64,000 nt of DNA from the human T2T-CHM13v2.0 reference genome, Homo sapiens. The stretch lies in assembly GCF_009914755.1 (NCBI RefSeq), contig NC_060931.1; one strand, given 5' to 3'. Positions within the stretch are counted from its first letter, which is position 1; each line of letters starts with the position of its first letter. A model generated the notes under the pieces. The model had not been told where the DNA came from. It saw only the letters and a program-made list of their open reading frames with translations, and made no database searches. Shown here in pieces: positions 1-12,386 of the stretch. A program made the position numbers and the translations under genes.

Positions 1-186
1 GCAGTCTTTTGGAATGTAATCACATAATCATGTATACATAATCATGTATGTCCATCATCTTTGCTCTACTCTGGTTAAAAGCAAGTCACAGGTCCCTCCC
101 ACGCTCAAGGTGAGATGATCACACAAGGGCATTGACAACCAGGAGGCAAGGGTCATGGGGGCCGTCTGAAGCATCTGTCAGCCACA
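1..186 (-). mobile_element. MaLR LTR fragment (MLT1E/F-like), cut by window start
   Basis: agcaagtcacaggtccctcccacgctcaaggtgagatgatcacacaagggc...ccaggaggcaagggtcatgggggcc...gccaca matches the reverse complement of the MLT1 LTR 5' end. Confidence 0.75.
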
Positions 187-528
187 CCATATTTCAGGTT
201 TTTTTTTTTTCTGTATCTTCCTTTGGATCTGTGAATAAGTATCTCACTTCATACTAAAGCCTCAATAAACACTGATTGACAGAAAGTCTTTGTGCTCATT
301 TAAAACTTCTCAGCTCCACAGAGTATTTGTACCATGCCCTTGTTTTATGGAGTCCCCAGATACTGATGAGGGCAGGGTTTGAGTTTGAGGGCTGTTCATT
401 CTTCTGCCCGCCAACCCCCCACCCCGCCCCCAGCACAGAACTGCCAGTGTTAGGTGCTCATTAAGTGTTTGTCAAAGGATTATAACTGTTGTTCCAATTG
501 CAGCAGTAAGTAAATTTGAAGAAGCTCC

Positions 529-939
529 CTGATATTGAGTGAATTGTATTCTCCACCCCCCAAATTCGTATGTTGAAGCTCTAACCTCCAATGTGATGGT
601 AGTCCCAGCTACCAGAGAGGCTGAGGTGAGAAGATTGCTTGAAGCCCTGGAGATGAGGCTGCAGTGAGCCTTGATTGTGCCACTGCACTCAACCTGGGCA
701 ACAGAGTGAGACCCTGTCTGTAAATAAATATGTGTGTACAGACATACATAAGGTTCACAATTCAATTTAAAAAAGAGAAAGTGACCATCTACAAGCCAGG
801 AAGAGAGCCCCCACCAGAACCCTATCATGCTGGCACCCTGATCTTGGATTTCCAGCCTCCAGAACTGTGAGAAAATCAGGTTCGCCTGTTTAAGTCACCC
901 AGTCTTTGGTATTTCGTTATGGTGGCCTGAGCTAAGACA
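529..939 (+). mobile_element. MLT1A-like MaLR LTR, interrupted by an Alu right-arm fragment, central part missing
   Basis: 5' part aaattcgtatgttgaagctctaacctccaatgtgatggt; 3' part gctggcaccctgatcttggatttccagcctccagaactgtgaga...ctaagaca. Confidence 0.8.
599..730 (+). mobile_element. Alu right-arm fragment (AluJ/FRAM-like)
   Basis: gtagtcccagctac...gaggctgcagtgagcc...ccactgcactc...gggcaacagagtgagaccctgtct plus short A-rich tail. Confidence 0.9.
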
Positions 940-1689
940 GGCCCTGTGTTCTCTGTGTAGCAAGAGGCAGGAAGCTAAGCACAAAGGTTGCCAGATAGCA
1001 GGGACTGGCTGGCTGTTAGTGAGCCAGGGCCAGTGGCATTTAATTGCAGTCATTCCCATTCTTTGCTGAGCTTTGGTCATAACTATTTGTAGAGGACCCC
1101 TAGACTTTTTTTTTTTCTTCCAGGACAAAAGTGATCCAAAACATACTGTCTTCAGTTTTTGAGCATTGGACTACCAAACAGGAACATTTAAGGAAAACAA
1201 AATGTTGCTGTTGTAAAGCCTTGATGGTGGGAAGTTATGTAGTGAATTCTCAATTTCTTCTTCCTGCATCTTGTCTTAAAAAAAAAAAAAAACTTTTAAA
1301 GTTTTTGTTTGTTCATCATTCATTCATTAATAAGTCAAGATGTAGAGGGCTCAGTAGCCTTCCCCTAGTTTTCTACATTTCTGACTTTGGTAAACTTCCT
1401 TTACTTCTGCAATTTCCCTAATTGTAATATTAACATATATCTAAAAAGAATACAATGGTTATGTAAACCTCCTAGCACTTAATAGGCACTCAAGACAATA
1501 TGACTTAACTGTATAAGAATGACTAATGTGCTATGTTTATTTATTTGGCTTCATTCATTTTGCCAGCAATGGTGTAGTATATATGTAGTATATATTAAAA
1601 ATCTCTTGAGTAAGAGAGGTTTGGAATGGGAAAAGGAACCAAGAAAATCTCACCATCTTTCTTCTGCTTGGCAGCAAGTCTTGAATTCT

Positions 1690-1988
<299 letters not shown>

Positions 1989-3582
1989 AGAGTCTTGAAT
2001 TCTTCAACAGGGCTTTTGAATATTTTAAAGCCACATAAAATTTCCTTTTTAAAATTGCAATGAAAATTGTCAAGTAAAGTGGGTCATTTTTTGACCTGGT
2101 GCTTAATTGTACTTAGAAGCAAATGCATATCTGTAAGTAAGGGGAGGACTCAGAAGTGATTTAAAGGGAGGATTGTAAAAGAGTTTGGGAAGTCCATCCC
2201 TTTCATTTTACAGGTTAGGAGGCTGAGGGCATTGTGCAATGATGTATAGTCAGGTAGAGAGAGGAAACAGGAATCATAAATCTTACCTTTTGTACAAAGT
2301 CAATGTTTTCAGTAATTTTGTTGAAAACAAACATTAAACAAATTTGGACCTGTAAAATCCATTGAACTGGTGGAGGTCAGCCTGACCTAGCAGGACATGT
2401 GGCATCTCTGTTTTGTGATGCTGTATCTGCTTTGGGAGTCCCAGTGCCCAATCCCCTCAGTGTTGAAAACTTAGCTCCTGAGTTTAAGGTGGTTTCTGTG
2501 GGGTTATGGGGCAGGGGGAGAGGGTTTGGAGGAGGGGAGGAGCGGAAAAAGAGACTTCCAGTCTGGGGCTCCTGCTGTGTTACCTTAGGGGATTTAGGGC
2601 CTATAAAAAACACATTTACATCTCTGAATGGCAACAGATAAATACCAACGAGCGTTAATTGAAAAGGAGGAGACCCAATGGACTAGAGGTCAGGACTCTA
2701 CAGTGATGACTGGTGGCCTGGGGGTGTCAGCTGAAACGGTCTGGATTTTTTTTTTTTTTTTTTCTCCTTCTTCCCCTACCTCCTTCCTGGGCTTAGAAAT
2801 GCTGGAAGGAAGAAGGAGGGACCATTAGTTGAACTAAGAGGTATGTTGTTTATACTGTTGTTGTGGTTGTCCCTGGGTGGTCTGAAATTTTGGAGGAGGG
2901 GGTAGGGAAAGGCCCCCTAAACCTTTTTTAAACTAGTATAATACAACCTGACTGCTACCTGCAGTTTCCCAATTACCCAATTATAACACAAATTTGCACA
3001 TTTTTTTAAAAAAGCAGGCTGCTACTGTTTCTCCTTATACAAGGATTTTAGTCACTGTACATCTTGTGTCTTTAAATAATGTATTAGGAACATTTTCAAG
3101 TCTGTAAGTGCTTTTTTAATGAGAGTGTGAAGATTTTAATGGGACTAGATTGCTTTTCATGACATTTCAGAGTGACTTAATTGTAACAATGTTGAGAGGC
3201 TGTATTTTAAAGTTTGCTAAGTATGTCTGTGTGGATTATAGTCAGACACTTAAAAGGACGGATGGTTGGATAGTGGAATCAGATAGCTTTTCCTTACTAC
3301 TTTCTCCAAATATTAGCTCTTTGCAAATATGGTTATACCAAACCAGGCACAGGTCAGGATTCTCTTAAACCTTTTAATTTTCAGATAGGAACAGAGGCTA
3401 ATAACAGACCAATGTGGGTAATTTTAGAGACAATTTCCTTAAAACTTAGTTGGACTGCAATATTGGTCCTAAGGCCTCTCCTCTCTCCTTTTGTAGACCC
3501 AGGAGGCCAGGCTGTCTTTGTGTATACTTCCTGTTAGTCCCTGAACTCTCTTCCCTGTTTGCTTTAAAAACATAGTGACCTT

Positions 3583-3924
<342 letters not shown>

Positions 3925-4135
3925 TCAGGTATTTGAGTTAGCGTTTCTAAAGCATTATGACTCTCCAGATAACAGTTTACCGTTTTAATGATTGGAATTT
4001 CAGACTCAATTTTTTTCTTATCTCCAAAACAAGAAGGTTATTCAGAGGTCTTTTCCTATGCAAACATTATTAGGATTCTAGAACCTGTGGCAGACTTCTC
4101 AAAATTAGATCAAATGGTCAGACACTTTCACTATC

Positions 4136-4434
4136 TTTTTTTTTTTTTTTAATGGTCTTGCTCTGTCACCTAGGCTGGAGTGCAGTGCCATGAGCATTGC
4201 TCACTGTAGCATCAACTTCCCAGGGTTGAGTGATCCTCCCATCTCAGCCTCCTTCCTGAGTAGCTGGGACTACAGGCATGCACCAGCACACCTAGCTGAT
4301 TTTTAAATTTTTTTCTAGAGATGAGGTCTCACTATATTGCCTAGGCTGGTCTTGAACTCCTGGGCTCAAACAATCCTCCTGCCTCAGCTTCCCCTAAGTG
4401 CTGGGATTACAGGCGTGAGCCACCACGCCCAGTC
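4136..4434 (-). mobile_element. AluJ
   Basis: poly-T then reverse Alu dimer ending gagccaccacgcccag. Confidence 0.93.
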
Positions 4435-4461
4435 TCCTCAGTGCCACTCTTAATAGAAGCT

Positions 4462-4900
4462 TGTATTAGTTTCCAAGGCTGCCATAACAAAGTATCACAA
4501 ACTGAGTGGCTTAAAACAACAGAAATAGTCTCATAGTTTTGGAGGCTAGGAAATGTGAAATTAAGGTGTTGGCAGGACCATGTTTCCTCTTAAGCCTATA
4601 GGGGAATCTTTCTTTGCCTCTTCCTAGCTTCTGGTAGTTTATTGACAGTCTTTGGCATTCTTTGGCTTGCAGCTGCATAATTTCAATATTTGCCTTTGTT
4701 GTCTCTTAGTGTTCTCCTTGTGTCTTTACATGGCCATCTTCTGGTAAGGACATCTGCCCTAATCCACCCTAATCCAGTATGCCCTCGTTTTAACATTGGT
4801 GTCTGAAAGAACCTTATTTCTAAATAAGGTCACATTGTGACATACTGAGGGTTAGGGCTTTAACGTATATTTCTGAGGGGACACAATTAAACCCATAACA
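4462..4900 (-). mobile_element. MLT1C-like MaLR solo LTR
   Basis: tgtattagtttcc...gctgccataacaaagtatcacaaactgagtggcttaaaacaacagaaa...gggacacaattaaacccataaca; TG...CA ends. Confidence 0.88.
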
Positions 4901-6419
4901 GAGTTCTACTTTGAAAAGTGCCTAGGAGATTCTGATGCAGCCTGCATGGGTTCCCAAAGCATGATTCCTGACCTATCTGTACATAATTCATCAAGAGCAC
5001 TAACAAACTTACAAGACATATATGTATAATGGTATATAAGTATGAGTGATATACAGAAGAAAAATAAACCCAAAACTCATGTACTCATCACCCTGCTTAA
5101 GAAGTAAAACATTACCAGTACCTTTAAAGGCTCTGGAAAGCCTGGGGTGTTTGTTTAAAACATAGGTTCTCCTCTGAGGGGTTAGGTCAGGGAGGTTTGG
5201 AGCAACAATGTGTATTAGAATTCAGTAACTTTAAAAAAAAAAAAAACTCCACGTGCATTTTAAAGTTGGTCTTTAAAATTTTACTTTGGAGTGGGATGGG
5301 ATTTTTTTTTTCTATTAGCGAATAGAAAACGTGCAAGAAAAGATGTAGTAACTTTTTTCATAGTGTAGTAGAACAGTCTTTGGCTCCTCTTCTTTTTGTG
5401 AGGTTTCTTGAGAAATCTCACCTGTACTTGGTATAATTTTCCAAATTAATTTAGATCTCTGACCCAGAGAGACTTAGAGTGATGCACAGTCATGTAGGGG
5501 GAGGATGTGTATGTGTGAAGGGACCTGTTATTGATTATACGTCTTACATTCTTGCCTTTCTTGTGGGATTTTGTGAAGATTAATATCTGCCAGATAGGTT
5601 TAAGTTTGCAAAATGCCTTGAGTTCCTTGGGGGAAACTGTTACATAAATGTAAATAAATTATGCAGCACCTGAATTTGGTTGTTCATCATTTTTTATAGT
5701 GTGTTTTAATTAAGAACTTAGTGCTATTTAAGTTGGATGGCTGGGGAGAGGGTTTAATCACTCCAAGATGGTTAAGTAAGTAGGTAGGAGCAACATTTAG
5801 GCTGGAACCCATGGAGGAATAAATGAACAAGACTGGAGACCAGTCATTTTCCATGGCATTTGCTGAGCGGAGCTGTGGATTAATGTCTCTTCTTGTACGT
5901 GTGTACATGGTGCTGTTAGAAAATCAGCCAGTTTTTCACTACACTTTGTCTCGGACCTGTAGATACCTTGGACCTCTCTGGTTTTCCTGAGTAAGCTGGA
6001 AACCCTAACAACAGCCAAAACAAAACAAAAACGGAGTTTGTCTTACAGTCTAGGTACTTGGGGAGCAAGAGGCATCCAGCAAACTGCATTGGCTTTTGGT
6101 ACACTGTGTTTCTGTAGTCCAATGAGCTGGGTTCCAAACTACCTCCTTTTGCCTGTTACATACAGCTTTGTGTTCCAGTGGATGATACTGTTCCTTAACT
6201 CTTAAAGAGTGGACATACGAAACAGTTGCCAACAACCCGTGGTCCAGTTGTGCCTCCTTTGTTTGCTGCTTTGTCAGAGTCTCACTGTATGCTTTTTTTT
6301 TTGGCCTTTGGCGCTGTGAGCAGAGTCACCTCATCCTCCTTTCCGTGGCCAACTCAAAGACTTACAACCTTTCTCCCTCATTCCTATGTATCTACAGAAC
6401 ACTCACTAGTTGCTAACTA

Positions 6420-7050
6420 GTGGATACATGTGAATTATGTTTTGATGCCATAGGGCTGTCTAGTGGAGGATACAAACATTAAAAAAAAAAGCTAAATCCA
6501 GCAAATAGCTATAATTAGATGAGGGTTATAGAGAATAACCACAGACTCTTTCAGAGCATATAAGGAGGCGAATCTAACCCAGTCTCGGATTCTGGCAAAT
6601 TGCTTCTGAAGAGTGACTCTCAGCAAAATCTGGAAGGATCACTGGGAAGAAATTAGCAAGGAAGGAGGAAGAAAAGAGAACAGTGCCTTCTAAGAAATAT
6701 ACCATGAAGTCATTTTTTTCCTATTCCTTTCTCTGCCCTTTTCCTTCCCCACACAGTCTTATGCAGCAGCACAATTTTAGCCATCCAAACTGGGCCAGTT
6801 GTTTTGTTACACTGTGGATGGTTGGAGATTGAGAGCTATGGGAATGGGTAGGAGTTAAAAACTGAATATAAATTAGGTGACAAGAGATGGCAAAATCATT
6901 TATTGGGATGATTAACTTATTAAATTGGGCTATTCCCATGCTGTTTTTCTAAAATTGTGCTCTGATGGCCATTTTGGAAGCCTGGTACTACCCACAGACT
7001 GGAGTATGTCCTAAGTAGGTTAAGAGCTTGGGAAAGATGCTTGCTGAGGG
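6420..7050 (-). mobile_element. Degenerate L2 fragment(s)
   Basis: Weak similarity to the reverse L2 3' region (gtctagtggagga, gaatctaacccagtct, tgcttctgaagagtgac); boundaries approximate. Confidence 0.45.
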
Positions 7051-7346
7051 AGGGCCTTCTTTGTACTCTTTCTATCAATAAGAAATAATAAAGAGTTAAA
7101 GCATCGTTACATTTTAGATATACTTTCTCAAACTGCTGACATCAGAATTGCCAGGAGCCTGTTAAAAAGGCACTTTCTGTAGCCTTCCTATCCCAGGCCT
7201 TCTGAATTAGAATCTTAGCAGTAGGATTCCTGGCCACTGTAAAGTACTCTATTGAAGGCGTGGATTACCAGTGGGTTATTCAGAGGAGAACTTTCATCAT
7301 TTTAGCCCCGTGGGTCCCTGCCTGATTTCCTGCCATCTCTCACTAC

Positions 7347-7503
7347 CAGGACCAGCTATGTAATTTGTGAGGCCCCTTATTTAAAAAGAAATATTAGGAA
7401 TTTCGAGACAGTGATGGTAGAGCATTAAACCAAGTATGGGGCCCTTTCTGGATGTAGGTCCCTCTGGGATTGCACGGGTTGCAAGCCCATGAAGATGTTC
7501 TTG
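7347..7503 (-). mobile_element. MER45A-like hAT-Tip100 MITE with internal deletion
   Basis: caggaccagctatgtaatttgtg...agagcattaaaccaag...ggggccctttctg...gttgcaagcccatgaag matches reverse MER45A. Confidence 0.75.
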
Positions 7504-10500
7504 TTCACCATTCCTGTTTGCCTTTTTAAAATGCTCCTGCAGTAATGAACTGCTTATTGCTCCCTGTGCATGATACTGTTTTTTGCCTTTGTCCCTTGGG
7601 TCTCACTATGTGGCATGCTGTGTTTCATCTCTTTTCTGTCACCTGGGCTTACCTCAGTTTTTGCACATACTGCGTTAGAATCCTGTGCAAGTCGCCCGTG
7701 CTATGCTGTGTGCTTTGAGGGCCCGGATCTGCTCTTCCTCATCTTTATATTCCCTGCCCTTAGCTGAGGCTCTGCCTTGGTCTTCTGTTAAGTGTGCTGA
7801 AAGGGATACTTTTTTAACCTGAATCTTTTCTTAAAACCTAATTAGGTTATAGGCCATTGGGAATGCAGATTTGGTTCAGAGTGAGGAGTTGGAGGCTGTG
7901 TTGCCCTAGTAGTGTCGTGAGGACTGCCTGGGCGTGACTGGTCTGAGACAGTGTGAGGAACGGGGTGTGAAACAAACTTATGACATCTCTGGCAAGTAGT
8001 GCATACTCTGCTGTTGACACCTTTGATAGCTGCTACCCTCTGATAACCAGTGTTTTTTTTTCTGGATCTCTCATTGAACTCTGAGTTTCTGGGAACAGCA
8101 GATTTTTCTGAGCCACAGGTTCAGATGTGTTAGCAGAACCTGAGGAAATGTTTCTTGCACCAGGAAGGTGGCCATTTTACTCCGTGGCTAATATTTGGAA
8201 CTAGTCATTTCTGGATTGTTTGAACTAGCGTGTTCTGGGGAATTCCCCAAAGCTGGACGCACTTGTTAAATGAGGTTATGGCTCTGTGGGGTGAGAAATA
8301 GACCCGCCTACTATACTTAAAAGGACTGACTGTGTTTCTGCCTTCAGGTAACCAGAGGTAGTTATGAATTTGGGTGAAACCTCTTCATCTCATGATAGAC
8401 TAGCAACTAGAGGTTCAGAGAAGTTACACAGAATATTCAAGGTTGATTCAGATAGTGACTGAATTGGGACTAGAATCCATGGTTTCTATTCTGTGGATTT
8501 TGAGTAAGATCACTAATCAACATGTGAAATCTTCCTTGTGTCATTCAATTAGAATTTAAGTGTCAAATGGATGGTAAAATCATTTCTTAGCTTATGTAGA
8601 TCATAAAGATTAGCAAATCAAGGCAGAAAAAGACCCCCACACATATTTGTTGCCAGGTCTGCACTAATTTCTGGATAAAGGTTAGTATATATTTGGTCTA
8701 CAGGGTGTGATTTGAGTGTAAGTTTTTTCTTTAGTTTTTAGATTATTGTTCAAAGTCCCCACTGACAGAATGCAGGGAGACAGCCTTGATTAGATTAGGC
8801 CAGATTAGATTAAATCGAATGGTTAAGGCCTTTGGAGCCTCCAGCTTGTAGGAGACACCATAATGGCCTTCATAGCGTCCTTAAATCCTATTAGGTAAGT
8901 TAATCTTATTGAAGATTTCAGGTCTGCATAAAGCAGTATTGCTCTTATACTCTCTATGGTGGGCTCTGCTTGTTAAGGTGAGCAGGCATTTTAACTTTCC
9001 GGGAATAAGTTGGTTTTATTGGTTTGGGGCAAGTTAATCTAAATAACTTGAAAGTAGACACCTGTGCCTGATAGAGAGGCCATTCCATGTAGCAAAATAG
9101 GCTGTCTCCTGGCTTCCCCTTTGCTTGGTGGCTGTTAGTACCTGTGACAGGGATTTTTTTTCTTTGCCCTGATTTGGGGAAAGAGAGTCAGGTGAGATGT
9201 GTAATAATAATGTACGGAGACAGTAGTATGGTTATGACACTGAGGCACTACTAGATATTGAGAATAAAGCACTTTGGAACTTAGGAGCTGGAAGCATTCT
9301 TAGCTGTCATTTTTTGAGTGTTTATAGTTTTATTATAGGTGCTAGTTGGCTCTTGCCTGTTTCTACAGGTGCAGTGACCATTTTTCTGAAGCAAAATATT
9401 CTTGTTGTCACAGGCTTTTCCTCAATTTGTGAATTTATGGACCTGCAAAGTTTTACAAACACATGAATTATGTCAAATTTTGTAATGTCTTTTGAAAAAA
9501 AGGGGGAAAAGTGTAAGAAATTTAGACCATGTAGGTCTGAAAGTATGCTTACTACATCGATAGTGGGGGCTGGAGGAACTGTGAAAAAAGTAATAGTAAA
9601 TTTCCTTTTTTAGATCTTTGCCAAAGGTAGTTTTGTTAGATATAAACAACTTCAAGACCCACAAGTGACTACTACACACTGGATTGGCCTTCAGAGATAC
9701 TGGGATTTTCTTTCCAAGTATCTTTAAAAATGAGGTTCGTAGTGCTTTAGCTAGGAGGCTGAGTGCCCACTATTAAGATCCTGTGAGTTAATTGGTTTGG
9801 TTCACAAACTAACTCATATTGCAGTGTATCTGGCTGTTTTGTGGCTGGGAGAAGGTTCCTGCATTGAAGGGACTGAAGTGACACTCTGACCTTGGGACTT
9901 CCAGTGCTGTTGTGGAGTGGGGACTTCCTTCTTCATGTGGGCTTGCTGGCTCTTCATTTATTGTCCCACCTGGGCTCTGCCTGTTACTCTTCTCAGGCCA
10001 AGAAGTGAGTTAGGTTCCTTATTTAACTTTTCTAATGGGGCAGCTCTGCATCTGTGTCCTGTCCCCAAAGACTAAAGAGAAATTTCAGGTGTGGGCCAGA
10101 TTATGGAGCCTGAAGAACAGTTTTATGATTGATTAATGGTTTTGATTTGCTTTTAGGAAGAAAAGTGCAACTAGCCCATTGGATGAAGATAGTATCTCTC
10201 TCCAGCACTCCTGTATCAAGTGTACAGTGTTCTCTTCCTGTATAGCACTTGTATTTTCAAGAGCTAGGGTCATTGAGAGAACACTTCTCACTCATGAGTT
10301 TCAGAGCGTAGCAGAGTACACACACCTGAAGCAAGAAATGTAATTTTCTCTAAGTGTACTAAGAATTACTTTAATTCTCTGTATGTGCATGCATGTGCCC
10401 ACATAATGGTGGTGGGTTTGGTTTTTTTTTTTTTTCATGCTCCTTGAGGAGAAATAACCCGTTTTTTGCTTTTATTGATTCACGATTACCTACTTTTCAG

Positions 10501-10949
10501 GGTTACCTTTGTTAGGAAGCAGCTGCTGGAAGAATGTGTGCTCATTTTGTACTTGTGTCCTTTACTTCTATGTCCTCTCTGACCTGAGGCTCACCCTGCC
10601 TGCCACCTCCTCTGCATCAGCCCAGCTTTGTTCTTCTGGGCCTGTTGTTTCCACTCTATGAAGAGACCTCCTTACTTCTCTCTGTCTCTACTTAGTATCC
10701 ATTTCTGCTGAGGCAGATCCAGATGGGCAGAGGTTGGGGAGGGAATTTGAATGAGGGGAAAAATTGGATCAGTTAGGGGAAATTTATAAAACTTCTGTAT
10801 TCTGTGCTAATAGTTCTCAGATGCTTTGGAATCATAAGACGGGATGTTGGTCTGGCGACCTTTGAGAGCTGCTCTTAACCAGCCAGTGGACAGCTATGCT
10901 TGCTTTTTCTTCCTGTCACCATCTCTGCTTTTCTTGCCCAATTTGCCAG

Positions 10950-11203
10950 GAAGAGTCCACCAATTCTTCATAAGCCCACTTTTTATTCTCTCTTTTGAAG
11001 TCATCTTGATTCACTTCCTACACCTGCAGCCCCCAGTCTTGCTTGATCTAGCTCCTAATCTTCTGCTTCCCTTTGGGACAGAGGAGAAGCTGCTCTCCTC
11101 GCCATGCTTTGCTGACATCTCCAAGGGGAAGGAGAGCACAGGCCCTTTCATATCCTGCCCCAGACCTTCACAGGGAGCAGTAATAATGCCTAAACCTTAT
11201 TGA
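10950..11203 (+). other. Candidate alternative terminal exon (open frame of 84 codons)
   Basis: Long pyrimidine tract ending CAG at 10947-10949, open frame to TGA at 11201-11203, AGTAAA at 11276-11281 then GT-rich sequence; no recognisable protein homology. Confidence 0.3.
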
Positions 11204-11430
11204 GTACTTAACATGTGCCCAGCACTGTGACAAACACTTCACACAGATTATCTCTTAAAATATTCAGGCCAGCCCAGTAAAGTTTATGTACTGTCATTGT
11301 CTGTCTTCAATTTGCAGATGAGGAAGTTGATGCTCAGGGAGGTTCAATAACATGCCATTATGTACACAGCTGAAATGAGTGATGCAATCAAGATTCAAAC
11401 TAGGCAGCCCAGTTCCAGGGCTCTTGTCCA
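11185..11430 (-). mobile_element. MIR SINE
   Basis: ttattgagtacttaacatgtgcccagcactgtg...tttgcagatgaggaagttgatgctcagggaggtt is the reverse MIR core. Confidence 0.8.
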
Positions 11431-12165
11431 ACTACTCAGGGAAAGGTTTTCGAGGTCACTGCCAGGATAGCTGGACTTGTGACGGTTTTCCTGTTTGAGA
11501 TATCTACCCTTTTACATCAACCTAAGCACTTACTGTCTTTATATTTTCAATGAACTAAGTGGGGTGTTCTGGGTGGTCTTTGATGATGGCAACTGTGTGT
11601 TTTAAAGAACCAGAAAGAAAAATGTTTAGAGGTGGGCTTCTTTAGCTGTAGTCCCTCTTGACTGTGTGGTCAAATAATAGGGCTCCTGACAAGGAAATAA
11701 GGCTATAAGTGCTCTTGCTTTGTAAAGATTAGTTAATTGGTAGAGGTTGTGTTTCTGTGGTTAATTTGTGCTCCTGTCTTAGCAATACATGAGTATCCAC
11801 AGGCAGCAAGTGTGTCGCCCAGCAGCCCCATAAAACAAGGCACTCTTCAGCACCAGCATCAGTTGATGCACCTGAATAACAATAGGGAAGCTTGTTGACC
11901 ATTTGGCACTTCACAGCCTAGTAATTAGAAACTGTAAAACAATAATACAGACATGAAGCAAATCCTCCAGTTAATGAAAAAAAAATCTACAATCTTGCAT
12001 TGTGGCTGAGTGCAAAATCACAACCGGCCGCTTATACAGCAAAGCAAACACTTCAGGATTTTGGCAGCTGTTTTGTGGATATAAAAAGCTCTAGGCTCTG
12101 TATTAATTTGGGGCCTGTCATATTTTTTAAAAACTGAAAACAATTACCTGACTTTCTAGTTTTTT

Positions 12166-12186
12166 GTTGTTGTTGTTGTTGTTGTT
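12166..12186. repeat. (GTT)n microsatellite
   Basis: About 7 GTT units read directly. Confidence 0.9.
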
Positions 12187-12198
12187 TTTAATTTACTG

Positions 12199-12386
12199 CA
12201 GTGGTTCTCAAATTATGGTCCCCAGTCCAGAAGTGTCAGCGTCATCTGGGAACGGTTAGAATTGCAGATTGGTGGGGCCCACCCCAGACCTACTGAACCA
12301 GAAATTCTGGCAGTGCGGGGCACAGTAATTTGTTTTTACAAGTCCTCCAGGTGATTCTGATGGACTTTAAAGTTTGAGAAACACTG
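12199..12386. mobile_element. MER5A hAT-Charlie MITE, full length
   Basis: TIRs cagtggttctcaaa and tttgagaaacactg; internal ccccagacctactgaa and ccaggtgattctga. Confidence 0.92.

Noticed and set aside
22-49. 14-bp tandem duplication acataatcatgtat (similar short duplications near 4757, 8788 and 48952)
   Set aside because: Ordinary slippage events with no sign of function
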